Assembly (NCBI RefSeq): GCF_964355755.1 | Contig: NC_092670.1 | Span: forward strand, 41,094,388-41,158,387 | DNA length: 64,000 bases | Source: Antedon mediterranea | Taxonomy: Eukaryota; Animalia; Echinodermata | Direction of reading: 5' to 3' | Shown: positions 26,801-40,900 of the stretch, piece by piece | Layout of the letters: every line of letters begins with the position of its first letter | Position numbering within the stretch: the stretch's first letter is position 1 | Made by a program: the position numbers and the translations under genes | The notes under the pieces: model-generated | What the model was told of the DNA's origin: nothing | What the model saw: only the letters and a program-made list of their open reading frames with translations | The model's database searches: none

Positions 26801-27666
26801 CATTAACACGTACACACTATCAAATATATAAATTAAAATACTTTGAATTTTACCATTAAGTGGTCTTAAACCAAATACTGTTGTATATATTGGGGTACTA
26901 GGAGTGGGCATATTGCAACCTAATCCACTTTCCTTTCCGTTTCAGTCACGCATTATTTCACAGAATGAATAGCAACAAATAGTATTCCACAATTGACACC
27001 ATACAAAGCAGTAGTAGCAAAAGTGAGTACGAACTTATACTAAACAGAATCTGATGAATCTGAAGAATGTAATTGTTGGTAGTAATATTTGTTGTAGTCT
27101 GTAGTAGGCCCTACTCAAGGGCTTTTTGGCTAAAATGTAGCCTACTCTAGGCCTACACATGCAGCAAAGTTTGGTCTTCAGAGATACCATTATTATACCA
27201 GATTAAGAAAAACATGACTGAACAATGAATGGGTTCAATAACGTGGGCGATGAATAACAACATAAATAAAGTCGAATCTGTAATATGTAACGGTTGGTTG
27301 TCTTTTTTTTAATGTTCAATCTATTTTGATCCTTTTAAACGTGAATTTTATATTTCCTTCTGTTATACCAGTAAATTATGTCTATTTAGTTGACTATCAA
27401 TAATGTTCTGTGTGTACAAACTGAATTGAATGGTGCTGCTGGTATCTGTATTATAGTGGTGGTATAGTGCCACCAGGAGGATCGATACTGTGGTATGAAT
27501 GTTACAGAATTGATATGTTGACTAGTGTTGCTTCTAGCGGTAGTTAAATGTTTTAAAGTTGGTTATAGCTACGTAGTTTATGACATTTCTTGTTGAAATT
27601 GATGTTGATCTATCGTATTCTCGAATTTCTCCAAAACATCTTTTTTTGTTTTAACAGGTGTCAAAA

Positions 27667-30255
27667 ATGAAGTCCGATCTTGAGACGTATATTGAAATGA
27701 TACTAAGAACAGGCAAAGAGTTTCACGTCGGTGCTACGTACCAGACTGAAGACTTCGCCGCCATATGCATCGACGAAAGTGGAGGGGTAGTTTCTCTTGA
27801 CCACTACGACGTCACACTTCTTCTACCACCCCTGAGCTTACATACTGGTTCATGCATAACCATTTATTTGTACATGGAACGCATGGTTGTGAAGCGCGTG
27901 CATGGAAATCCTACGTACGCGTCTCCTGTGATACGTGTTGGATGTATATCACATGACGGACATTTATCATTTCAAGAAAACCTTGTGTTATCGTTTCCAT
28001 TATTTAAATACGCAGATAACCAAACTATTGTACCATTCTACCAGGAAGATGACTCTCTGTTGTGGACGGAGCTCTCTGCCAAAGAACATGCCTTTATTAA
28101 AGACAATTCACGATGCACTATATCAATTGATAGAACCGGTATCTATACGTGTTTGAATTTCACGGACTGTGACGTCGACAGCTCAGATATAAATCGTGTT
28201 GTTCTTCCAATACAATGTTCTACATTTGTTGGTGAACAGTATACAGAGGATGTTCTTATTGAAGTCGCATTCTGGCCGAGTTCAGAGATACAGTCACAGG
28301 TTAGTATCGACTGCAGATTCTTAGTACTTGGTCTTATTGTTCATTTATGCGCGATTACTAAAGTGGAAATAAAATACTACGAAACATAAGTAGTAAATAA
28401 AGCTTGGTGCTTAGACGCAGTAGGCGCAATGAGATGACCTATCACTACGATGTGCTTAAGTCCTTGCGTTGCGTCTCTCTAGAATCAAGTTACGGTAGTT
28501 GCGTCTTTGCGTTGCGTGCACACAAGTGGTAACTAAGCTTAAGTGCCGTTACTTGCATCCAAGTTCTAATGTTGCGAGAGTAACACATTACGCAAATTCA
28601 GATTGTTTAACTTCATTTACAGAGCGTCGTGCAGGAGCAAACTAGTCGACATTTGACTTATGTCGATGGGTCACGGGAACTTCTGCTAGACATCAGTCGT
28701 GTTACAAATGAAACTCTCGCGGTTGACGTCACCGGAATATGCGAAGGATGGACTGTAAATGGAGGAAAACGAAAGGTATTTTCGTGTTGTGGAATTATCA
28801 TTTCAATTGTTTTTCAAAAGAAAATACAATGTATTGCTGGGAATGTTTCGACGGTTGTAGCATAACAACCGTCGAAACATCGATACATTCTCAACCATAC
28901 CTTATTTCCTTTTGTTAACACCATGGCGTACCGCAAACCTAACTTAAGTAGTATTTATTCGCCATGTAAACAATATTATGCACCAAAAATGTATACATCC
29001 AAACTGATACAACAAAACGTAATATTCTTTCTTTCTGAATTTGCTTCTTATAGTATATACAGCTAACAAATATCCACGAAGAACTAAGAAGATCAAATGG
29101 TGCGTATACAGTAAACTTTAGGTTCAACAGGAACAAGAGTTACAATGTTGAACTTGCGTGTAAACTCAGAATATACATCCAAGATGGCGCCGCCGCAGGT
29201 AACAAGCAAAAACTGTCCCTTTTTAGATACAACTGTGGAAGAAAAAGAACAATGTCAGATGTAAGTATCATGATATTTAATTCATAAGTAATACACTACC
29301 TCCAAAGAACTTTGAGTTAAGCCTGTTTTCCTGTCGACGTTAGTCGACGCTATCGTTAACAATAATCGGCGATCTTCTACGTAAACATTGAAATGTTAAC
29401 GATTTACAGGAAAAGGTACTCGCTATCGTTATCATTTCAACTTGATCGTTTTTAAACGATCGTCGTTGAACTGTTAACGATCAACGACGATAGCGTCAAT
29501 CACAAGCGAATAAGCCATCGCTTGTGATTGGTCAATTCACTTGCGTTGCGTTACGTCATTGTGTTGCGTCGCTAGTGGGAACCACGATTTAAGCTTGGTT
29601 CCCACTAGGACGTAACGTAAGGACGTGCGTCGCGCAACCAAGTTGTCGAACTGTCGCTTGTTATTGGTTAACCTGATTGCTTTGCGCTTACGTACTTGCG
29701 TTTCCTAGGGTTAAGGTTCCCTGTATTTTGACTACTGTGACTACAGAGAGTGTCCGATTTTTTTGCCACAAACAATCCATCACATTTTCTAACGTTTTAT
29801 TTTGATTCCAGGAAAGCAATAGTATGCCATACAACAGAATAGCCTACAAACGGAACTCAAATAACGCTAGAGAAGTATTGGATGTTATAGATAGGTGCTT
29901 GGCTCACATAACGAAAATCATATCTTCTAATTTGAATGGAGTATGGGAAAAGCGCTTTGCTGATTCGTTAAACATTCCGAAAAGTTTAGTCGAATCTGCG
30001 CAAGAAATTTCGTTAATCAACAAAGCTTTGTACGTGTTTGTCGGTCATCGGGTTTTCGCAATGAATGATAGTGATATAGTTCTTGATTTTATAACGGCAG
30101 CGAATGCAGTTGCAAGAGAACTAGAAAACGAAGCAGTGCAGAGAAAACGTATCCGTGCGGCAAAGGCGCTAAGCCTAACACATGGTTCTCGAATGGCAGC
30201 CAATCCGATATACAGCAGGTCAAGTAGCTACTCAATCAATGTCCACCCGTCGTAA
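27667..30255 (+). CDS. Cytoplasmic ZU5-UPA-death-domain protein (UNC5C-like / ZUD type)
   Basis: Exons 27658-28299 (IDESGGVVSL..DVTLLLPP..SPVIRVG, ZU5), 28623-28775, 29054-29260 (UPA-like) and 29812-30255 (helical death-domain-like WEKRFADSLNIP). All junctions are phase 0 GT-AG. Likely 5' UTR exon ends at 27022. Confidence 0.7.
28400..28540. mobile_element. MITE family B (AGCTTGGT...; GACGCAA/TTGCGT-rich); relatives at about 29320-29590, 29591-29710, 30387-30480
   Basis: Shared GGTTCCCACT termini and TTGCGTTGCGT internal repeats in four nearby copies. Confidence 0.55.
28815..28940 (+). mobile_element. Fold-back Penelope-like pLTR remnant
   Basis: Perfect 15-bp inverted repeat ATGTTTCGACGGTTG / CAACCGTCGAAACAT with a diverged extension. 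Stem-GAAAC motif and GCAAACCT end are shared with the 5.8-kb element. Confidence 0.45.
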
Positions 30256-30715
30256 AGGTCTGCGGCCTCTCATCCATCTCAAAGATTTCAATCTATGACG
30301 TTTTCTTACCAACCAGGTTCTGCTGGAAGTTCTACGAATGGTAACTGTGACAATCCATCTTTGTCGTCAGAAAGCGATTTGTATAACTGGTTCCCACTTG
30401 GGACGCAACACAAGCGAGTTGACCAATGGCAAGCGACAGCTCGAAAATTCGTTTGCAATTGGTTAAATTACTTGCTTGCACCGCAAGTAACTGGACCAAT
30501 CACGATCCGTGGATCATCCAAACTATCATCACATGTGATTAGTCAACTCATGATTCGTTTGCGCATGTACGTCGTCAAACAAAATAAAACGTCACCCATT
30601 GTATTGACTACTGAGACGCAACTTACGTTCTACTAAAAAAGAAAGTGCACTATATAAAAACACAAGAAACGAAACATTTCCGTGAAAATAACACTTTATT
30701 AAATAAAAATCAACT

Positions 30716-31012
30716 ATATATGCAATAATTATAATTACTCTGTTTTTAGCAATGGCCTACAGTCAGTCAGCTTGTTGATACATGAATATCTGTATGCAAT
30801 AACAATATTAAATTACTCTGTTTTTAGCAGTGGCCTACAGTCAGTCAGCTTGTTGATACATGAATATCTGTATGCAATAACAATAATTACTGTTTTTAGT
30901 AATGGCCTACAGTCAGTCAGCGTGTTGATACATGAATATCTGTATGCAATAACAATAATTACTCGTTTTTAGCAGTGGCCTACAGTCAGTCAGCTTGTTG
31001 ATACATGAATAT
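30716..31012. repeat. About 72-77-bp tandem repeat x4 in the probable TDRD7 3' UTR
   Basis: TGGCCTACAGTCAGTCAGCTTGTTGATACATGAATATC recurs 4 times, upstream of a minus-strand AATAAA at about 30695. Confidence 0.85.
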
Positions 31013-31956
31013 CATCAAAACAATTCATTGGTTAGAATTTGCGTAAAATTCAACATATAATGTTAACATTTCTGTACCCAGACCATAATAAGTATTTATA
31101 GTATAATCAAAGTACACATAAACCGTACATTGATACACTAACTAGAGATTATATAATTTTCTGCGAATATTCAAATGACTATTATTTTCTGTTTAAATGA
31201 CTACAGTATTATGCAACATTAGTATATAGTTTTCTGTTACTCTTGCAGTCCACTGCAGGACATATCCATCCTCCAAACCTCTCCATTTACTTTATTTTTT
31301 ATTTTCATTTGTTTTCAGCGCAAATTATCAGTATAATTCAGTGCAAATTAATATTTTTATTACATACTAATGTATATATTTTAGAACATAAGTTATACAG
31401 ATATGATGTAATCAAAGGCATAGTTTCAAAATTAAAATATTTTTACAAGTGTAAAAAATGGATTTATCTTTACACTCGTTGCAGACATTGTAGAACATAT
31501 AGGATATATTATACTGTTATGTATTATAGACAATATTGTCCCCCAAAAAAATATAAAAATCAGACTTTGAATTGATTATTTTATAGTTTTAATAATGTTA
31601 ATCACTTTTGTAGAAAAAAAAATGGTTGTAAAAATTGCAAAATGACAAAATGGTAAATTCAACCAAAAATACATTGGCTGGTAGGCAATTTGACTATTTT
31701 TTTGCTTTAAATTACAGTTTTTTTCAGATAAATAATTTTTTTTTTCTATCCGATTGTCAAAGTGGATAACTATTATGTGATATTGAAATGGCATATTCAA
31801 CAAAAAATTAAAAAATAAATTTTTTTTCAGGGGAACAATACATCTTTAAATACACAATTAGAATAGAGTGTAAAAGTCTGAATGTTGAGCAACAAGACAG
31901 GGGAACAGAAACAAGCACCAAACATGTTTGCCAAACCATTGCACATTATCTATGTC

Positions 31957-34900
31957 TCATAGCTTTAATACAACCCCTGATTCAATAAGATATTCACTTA
32001 TCACAATGTCATACAATGGATGTTCTGTGTTTGTTAGCTCAACAACAAGTTTAAATATGTGGAAGGATTCTTCTATTTTTTCTTTGATTGTTGATACAAA
32101 TGTTTTTCCTTTGACAATGTTCTGGAAAAAAGATGCAGCGCCGTCGCTATGAAACTTGGCATTGTCCAGAGGCACAACTCCTTTAAAAAATAAATTGTAA
32201 TGATTATAGTTTATATAAAAATCTACACTAACCGTAGAAAAATATATATCGGCAGGCCTAGCTTCTATTCCTTGGAATGGTAACATCCCAAATTACTTAC
32301 CGTCAAGCCTAGCTATCACTCCCTGGAATGGCAACGTCCTAAATTGCTGAATCAAAATTCTGACATCACTTGGGCTTACGATGTCATAGTCTGCCTCATC
32401 AACACGATATACATTCACAGAGTGTTCGTTCATAGTATAGACTTTTGCACGTTGCCATTTATCATTCGAGTACACAGCATATATTTCCCCTACTTGAATT
32501 TCTCCAACTGGTGTTTCTTTAGAAGTCTATAGCAATGAATATATCTTATAGTTATGTGGCTAGTAAAATAAAATAATGATACAACACAAAACCTATGTGT
32601 ACAGATATGTATACATATGAATTAAATAACAAATACTTACATTTGAATAATGTTCTTTCATCTGGAACAACATGTCATTAAAAGACTTAGAAGAAACAAA
32701 AGGCCGACACTAAAAAGAAAGAAAACAATATAAATAAAATAAAGAACAAATTAATAGTTTGTGGTTAAGCTCTGTCTACACTATCAACCTTTATGTGATA
32801 ACAAAAATGTGATGTGCCCATATATGGACACGATTACATCATATCACTAGCATATTTGGGGACATCCTATTTATTTTGTCTAACTATTTTGTAGACATGC
32901 GCACTATGAACGACGTTACTAATATTTAAAGCTCTGTCTACACTATCAAACTGTATGCAACAACAAAAATGTTATGTGCCCATATATGGACACGATTACA
33001 TCATATCACTACCATTTTTGGGGACATCCCATTTAATTGTCAAACTATTTTGTAGACATGTGCACTATGAACAACGTTACTACACTATCAAACTGTATGC
33101 AAAAAAAAAAAATGTTATGTGCCCATATATGGACACGATTACATCATATCACTACCATATTTGGTAGTTTGATAGTGTAGACAGACCTTTAGTATAGAAA
33201 ATATGAAAACTCACTACAAAATGAGACGGATCCTTGGCACTGACGACGACAACATCCCAATATGCATCATCAGCAGGAGCAGGGATATCAAGCGAGGGCG
33301 GCATTGGTAACATCTTTAACAATAACTCTGGACTTGATCTGCCTTTTAAATCTGTCGACGGTCTTCTCAACTGTGTAGGAGTTATGGAGAAATTCATCAT
33401 ATCTTTCACTATATCTTGAACAGTTTCACTCCCATTTATATTCTTGTCTTTGGAAATACCATTATCCATTGACACTTTGTCATCAGTTGAAGCTTGTTTG
33501 TTGTCCCTAATGAAACAAAATCAAACAAATTTTAACTTAAATGTCTTCTAATCTTAGTATGGTTAATCCATGTTAGTAGCTATATCCTGGTGTGGTATGT
33601 AGCCATTCAATACTTACAGAAATAGCTCGTCTGCCAATTCAAGCATTTGATCGTTCATTACAATGTTATCAATCACAAGTAGCACAGTAGCTGGTCTCTG
33701 ATCAGTTTTACCACGCACTACCTGTACAAGAAAGATCAGATGAAAACAAAAACCTCATTTTCAATCTGTACTAGCTGGTTCTGTAACATATCAAACAACC
33801 AAAGGTTAAAACAAAAACCTTATTTTTATATACCTCAATCTGTACTAGCTGGTTCTCTAACATATCAAACAACCAAAGGTTAAAACAAAAACCTTATTTT
33901 TATATACCTCAATCTGTACTAGCTGGTTCTTTAACATATCAAACAACCAAAGGTTAAAACAAAAACCTTATTTTTATATACCTCAATCTGTACTAGCTGG
34001 TTCTTTAACATATCAAACAACCAAAGGTTAAAACAAAAACCTTATTTTTATATACCTCAATCTGTACTAGCTGGTTCTTTAACAGATCAAACAACCAAAG
34101 GTTAAAACAAAAACCTTATTTTTATATACCTCAATCTGTACTAGCTGGTTCTGTAACATATCAAACAACCAAAGGTTAAAACAAAAACCTCATTTTTATA
34201 TACCTCAATCTGTACTAGCTGGTTCTCTTAACATATCAAACAACCAAAGGTTAAAACAAAAACCTTATTTTTATATACCTCAATCTGTACTAGCTGGTTC
34301 TTTAACATATCAAACAACCAAAGGTTAAAACAAAAACCTTATTTTTATATACCTCAATCTGTACTAGCTGGTTCTTTAACAGATCAAACAACCAAAGGTT
34401 AAACATAAAACCTTATTTTTATATACCTCAATCTGTACTAGCTGGTTCTTTAACAGATCAAACAACCAAAGGTTAAAACGAAAACCTTATTTTTATATAC
34501 CTCAATCTGTACTAGCTGGTTCTCTAACATATCAAACAACCAAAAGTAAAAACAGAAACCTCATTTTTATATACCTCAATCTGTACTAGCTGGTTCTCTA
34601 ACATATCAAACAACCAAAGGTTAAAACAAAAACCTTATTTTTATATACCTCAATCTGTACTAGCTGGTTCTTTAACATATCAAACAACCAAAGGTTAAAA
34701 CAAAAACCTCATTTTTATATACCTCAATCTGTACTAGCTGGTTCTTTAACAGATCAAACCACCAAAGGTTAAAACAAAAACCTCATTTTTATATACCTCA
34801 ATCTGTACTAGCTGGTTCTCTAACATATCAAACAACCAAAGGTTAAAACAAAAACCTTATTTTTATATACCTCAATCTGTACTAGCTGGTTCTCTAACAT

Positions 34901-37900
34901 ATCAAACAACCATTGAGAAGCATATTTTCCCCATTTGTAACCAAGCTGGTTAGGCGGGACGCCCTCTAGAATACATGGAAGCGATTGAGGTGGCAACGTT
35001 CTTAGACTTGGGATGTTGACCTTTGGCTCTCGTAGCGATGTCATCGATACGACCTCAGTGTTTCCATAATCCACATATTTAATGGATACCTATAAAATAA
35101 AGTTGATGAATATAAAGATTGCTTGAAACAATTAAAAATTATATTAAATGAACAGTTTCAGGTATCTAGTAAATAACTATTTACCTGTGTGTTTGAGACA
35201 ACTTTAGTAATTTCTGCTCGATACCAGGTTTGGTCTTGGCTGAACTTAGCACAACATTTTTTACCAAATTTAGGCTCAACTAAGAACTCCTCAGCAGATG
35301 ATGGCTAAATATTTTAAAAATACACATTTAATTAATATCCGAAATTGCAAAAAAATGATTAATTTGATAATTCGAGCATTTTATCCTAAACATGTCTAAA
35401 TGTTTTTTTAAAAATAAACATGAATTACCTTTGAGAAGTGTTCTCCCATGTTCACCATAAGTGACTCTAGCCTCTCTAATCCAGGCCCTGGTATTTGTAT
35501 GTTTAAAACACCATTATCCTCTACATGACTAACATATACTTCTATCTTCTTACCAACCTTACATTGTAAATAGAACATTCATTATTAAACATTTTTAAAT
35601 GCAGAAACAATTACTAATTTGCATATATATTAAGAAAATACTAAGCACCTACTTCTGGACATTGTTGTTTTAAATTGTCGTCCTCCACAACACTTGCAAG
35701 AAACGTGTTGATAGATTCTCCAGTACATTCGGCATCATACAGCACTACTTCAAGGCGGCTTCCACTATTATGAAAAGTTTACTTAAGTATTAGCATATAC
35801 TTAAATGGTAAAAAATAGAGATGAGAATGAGAAGCATGATTGATTCAGCACAAAAAGAACGAACAAATATAAATAATATAGGTATATTAAATATGTACTA
35901 GTGTTGCCCAAAAGCTCTAATTGTTCTGGCTGTTTATTTTGTTTTCAGTGCTCATTTTATTTTGTATCTTCATTGAGATCCAGCCACTGATACCCAAAGC
36001 ATTCTCATTTTTGTATCTCCATTGAGATCTAGCCACTGATACCCACAGCATTGTCATTTTTTCAGTGCTTATTTTATTTTGTATCTCCATTGAGATCTAG
36101 CCACTGATACCCACAGCATTGTCATTTTTGTATCTCCATTGAGATCTAGCCACTGATACCCAAAGCATTGTCATTTTTTCAGTGCTTACCGTATTTTATT
36201 TTGTATCTCCATTGAGACCTAGCCACTGATACCCAAAGCATTGTCATTTTGTATCTCCATTGAGACCTAGCCACCGATACCCAAAGCATTGTCATTTTGT
36301 ATCTCCATTGAGATCTAGCCACTGATACCCAAAGCATTGTCATTTTTTCAGTGCTTACCGTATTTTATTTTGTATCTCCATTGAGACCTAGCCACTGATA
36401 CCCAAAGCATTGTCATTTTGTATCTCCATTGAGACCTAGCCACCGATACCCAAAGCATTGTCATTTTGTATCTCCATTGAGATCTAGCCACTGATACCCA
36501 CAGCATTGTCATTTTTTCTGTGCATATTTTATTTTGTATCTCCATTGAGATCTAGCCACTGATACCCACAGCATTGTCATTTTTTCTGTGCATATTTTAT
36601 TTTGTATCTCCATTGAGATCTAGCCACTGATACCCAAAGCATTGTCATTTGTTCAGTACTTTGCTTTTGGATTTATATACATATATGTACTTAAAATACC
36701 TTTTACCAGCTTCTTCTGCTAGCACTATCTTATCTTCAGTCTGTTCAATGAATGCGTCTATTACTCTTTTATTGTTTGAAAACTGGCCAAGGTTTGCTAG
36801 ACTACACTTGACAGCCTGTACACAAAAGACATAATATCTTGATAGTGGACACTATCTTTAGACATGTATGTATTCTTTTCTAAGTAAAAATATTTTGGTG
36901 ATGTAATTTATAAACAAAAAGAACATACCTGGAACGGAAGTGTCAAAAACCTTTTATCAAGAGAGCGGAATTGCGACCAGTCTCGAACTTCCTTGTCACC
37001 ATAATCAACATAATCACACATGACCTAAAAAGGCCAGAAGACCAATTAGCTTTATTGGAACATTGGAAAATTTATTTTATGTCTATAGGAACATGTGGCC
37101 ATGGATTACCAAAAGTAAATTAATCACTGTCCTATCAGATAGGTGGTAATCCCCCGATACAGGGGTATTGTGTGAACCATCGTCTTGGATCGTCTTTAGG
37201 TAAGGTAAATAGCGCCCCTGCCTTAACTGCTTGGCCATTTGACTATGCTAATCAGAAGCTAACAAAAAAAAAAGGAATGAAATACTTGCTTTGTTATTGG
37301 AGAATCCACTGACAACTACTCTGAAAAAGCAATTTTCTGTACACACAGCGTATGATTGGCCGATCTTTGGTTGACCTTCTACTGCATTTGGTTGTCTGGA
37401 ATAAAACTGGTTTAACTCTGCTTCCATGGCTTCAAATTCCTCCTAAAAATAATGTAGGAGTAAGGATCATCTCAGACTTTCATTATACTAGTGAAATATG
37501 ACATGAGACTAAGGATTTCTCACAAAAAGGGATCATCTCAGACATTCATTGATATTCAAAAATAAGATTTGCATTATACTAGTGAAATATGACATGAGAA
37601 TAAGTATTTCTCACAAAAAGGGATCATCAGACATTCATTGATATTCAAAAATAAGATTTGCATTATACTAGTGAAATATGACATGAGACTAAGGATTTCT
37701 CACAAAAAGGGATCATCTCAGACATTCATTGATATTCAAAAATAAGAGTTGCATTATACTAGTGAAATATGACATGAGACTAAGTATTTCTCACAAAAAG
37801 GGATCATCTCAGACATTCATTGATATTCAAAATAAGAGTTGCATTATACTAGTGAAATATGACATGAGACTAAGTATTTCTCACAAAAAGGGATCATCTC

Positions 37901-40900
37901 AGACATTCATTGATATTCAGAAATAAGAGTTGCATTATACTAGTGAAATATGACATGAGACTAAGTATTTCTCACAAAAAGGGATCATCTCAGACATTCA
38001 TTGATATTCAAAATAAGAGTTGCATTATACTAGTGAAATATGACATGAGACTAAGTATTTCTCACAAAAAGGGATCATCTCAGACATTAATTGATATTCA
38101 AAATAAGAGTTGCATTATACTAGTGAAATATGACATGAGACTAAGTATTTCTCACAAAAAGGGATCATCTCAGACATTAATTGATATTCAAAATAAGAGT
38201 TGCATTATACTAGTGAAATATGACATGAGACTAAGTATTTCTCACAAAAAGGGATCATCTCAGACATTAATTGATATTCAAAATAAGAGTTGCATTATAC
38301 TAGTGAAATATGACATGAGACTAAGTATTTCTCACAAAAAGGGATCATCTCAGACATTCATTGATATTCAAAAATAAGAGTTGCATTATACTAGTGAAAT
38401 TAAATGCATTAGACGCAAGAGAGCATATCTTTTTATTTATTTATTCTGGTTTATTAAAAACAAAGACATGGCAGCTGACTTACAGTATAATGGTAAAATT
38501 GAAAGAAGAAGTCGTTGATGCCTAAATTATACGAGATAGTGACTTCCCATGGTGATTCTTCAGGATAGACAAGTGGAGGTGGGTACATCCCATGCACCAA
38601 CGATTCCTTACATAGCTCTTCTACTATGTCAACATCTTCAGATGTTAACAAATTAACCACACATTTATCATCTGTAAAAAAAATAATGTAAATGATAGGC
38701 TAGTATGCATTTCAAATATAAATCAAGATAAAATGTTTTAATAATTTGTTTTGTTTTTATATAGTTTGGCAAATTGCCTATGAAGCAAATTCATACACTA
38801 TCCTTCTTAAAGTTCACAATCCCGTACATAAAACAATGCTCTACATAAACAAGTTGTAATTTGTCTTACTTATAATATCCTCTACTGTCATAAGTAATGG
38901 GGTATCTTTGGTTAGTTCACGGAATCTTGAGTTAGCTTCACTGCTAAATCGCTTGTCACCCTACAATCATTAGAAAAAAAGTAAACTTGTGGATATTCTC
39001 TGGATTTGCTTGCGACACTACTATATTAGACAATAAAGGCTTTTTACCTTTAATGGAGTTATTTCACTCAATGAACACTTGATAGCTTGAGCAGGTTCTT
39101 TGCCAAATTGTGGTGTTAAGAACTGTAATGATGTCTGTCTAAGTGACTCTTGATTGCCATAATCAATAAAGAAAACTTGAATCTCCTCTTGATCCTAAGT
39201 ACAGAAAAGGAACTTAGTTTATGCTTAGATTTGAAAGCTGTGGAGTTAAGAACTATAATTATATCTGTCTAAGTGACTCCTGATTGCTATAATCAACAAA
39301 GAAAACTTGGATCTCCTCTTGATCCTAAGTACAGAAAATGGACTTAGTTTAACCCAATGCTTAGATTTGAAAGCTGAGGAGTTTGGAAAACATAAGCTGC
39401 AGGCTGAAATTAGTTGGTATATATCAAGTTCTTGCTTAATTCAACTTGCCTTATTTGGCTGTTGGTTTACTTCTAAGATTTTTGCTCGACACCAGTTACC
39501 ATCTTCAGAATATTTTGCTGCACAGAATTCTCCTCTACTATATCTAGACATAGGTTGCGAACAACTCTAAAAAAAACAAACTTGCTTTTATCATACACAG
39601 CATAAAAAAAACAACCTATTAAATATTTTAAGATACCAATCAATGGGTTTCAAATTGAAGCCCATTGTCTGTTGTCTAGTATCATAGGTAAATGCTATGA
39701 TATAGCATTCACATTTTCACATGGAAACCTATATTTATAGAGTCAATATAACCTCTAACCCAACCATATATGACACAGGCACCACATGATGTCATGTGTG
39801 TGGAGATACAGCACTAAGAATTTGGTAGAGTATTGACAAGCTTACCTCACACTGATTAAATAACCTTTCTGCTAATTCAACAATTGGACTATCTTCATAT
39901 TGCACAAAAAACTCTCCACAACTCAATACGTATGTAACATACACTACTACACGAGACCTGTAAACAAACAATTGAAATTATTGCTATATTTGAAGGGACA
40001 AATTAGTTGCAGTACAAACTAAACAATGATTTTGTAACGTAACCATATTGATTTAGCAGTAAGTACATACAAACTAAGTTACTTACTTAACAGGTTTGAG
40101 TACTGGTGGAGGAATTGAGACTTTTGGAATTTCTTTGGTAATAGTGCGTTGAACTTGGCCTTTGCCGTGAATGGTTACTTTCATTTTTGGATAAAGTATA
40201 ACACTGCTGTGTAACCTGTTAAAACAAAATTCATAATTATAACATTGTTATGACAAACGGAACAAAATGTAAAGTAAGAAGTAAGCCTTTATCTTTTGAG
40301 GCGTGGAGTGCGATCACTCGCCTAACACACTCCTAAGCTACCACTGAGGTGTGGAGTGCAATCACTTGCCTAACACACTCCTAAGATGCCATTGAGGTGT
40401 GGGAGTGCAATCACTTGCCTAACACACTCCTAAGATGCCATTGAGGCGTGGAGTGCAATCACTTGCCTAACACACTCCTAAGATGCCATTGAGGCGTGCA
40501 ATTTACAACACTTCATTTCTACACACCAAGATACCAACAGCTTGATGTGTTTTTAAATTTGGTTTAAAATGTTTAATGAGCTACACTGTGATATTACTTG
40601 AAAGTCTGTTCCACTATATGCTCCCATGAATTGCAAAATCCCTTTACTGCACTGAAAATCACTCACAAACAGCTTTTTATGATACTTACTTGTTTGCATA
40701 GCTGGGGACATTTCGACATCAAACTTTATGTGACAAAAAAAAGTGATGTGCCTATATAAGAACATGTCATACTACTACCATACTTGGGTATATCACTACC
40801 ATATTTGGGCACATCACACTTTTTTGTCGCATAAAGTTTGATAGCTTTAGAGAACTTACCTTTCTACTTTCACAACCGACTCCATGTCATCTAAGCTGAT

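Noticed and set aside
37729-38377. Repetitive ORFs in the track (also 21662-22471, 36348-36545, 41528-42109, 59269-59783)
   Set aside because: By-products of stop-free tandem units inside introns or UTRs; no splice or homology support.
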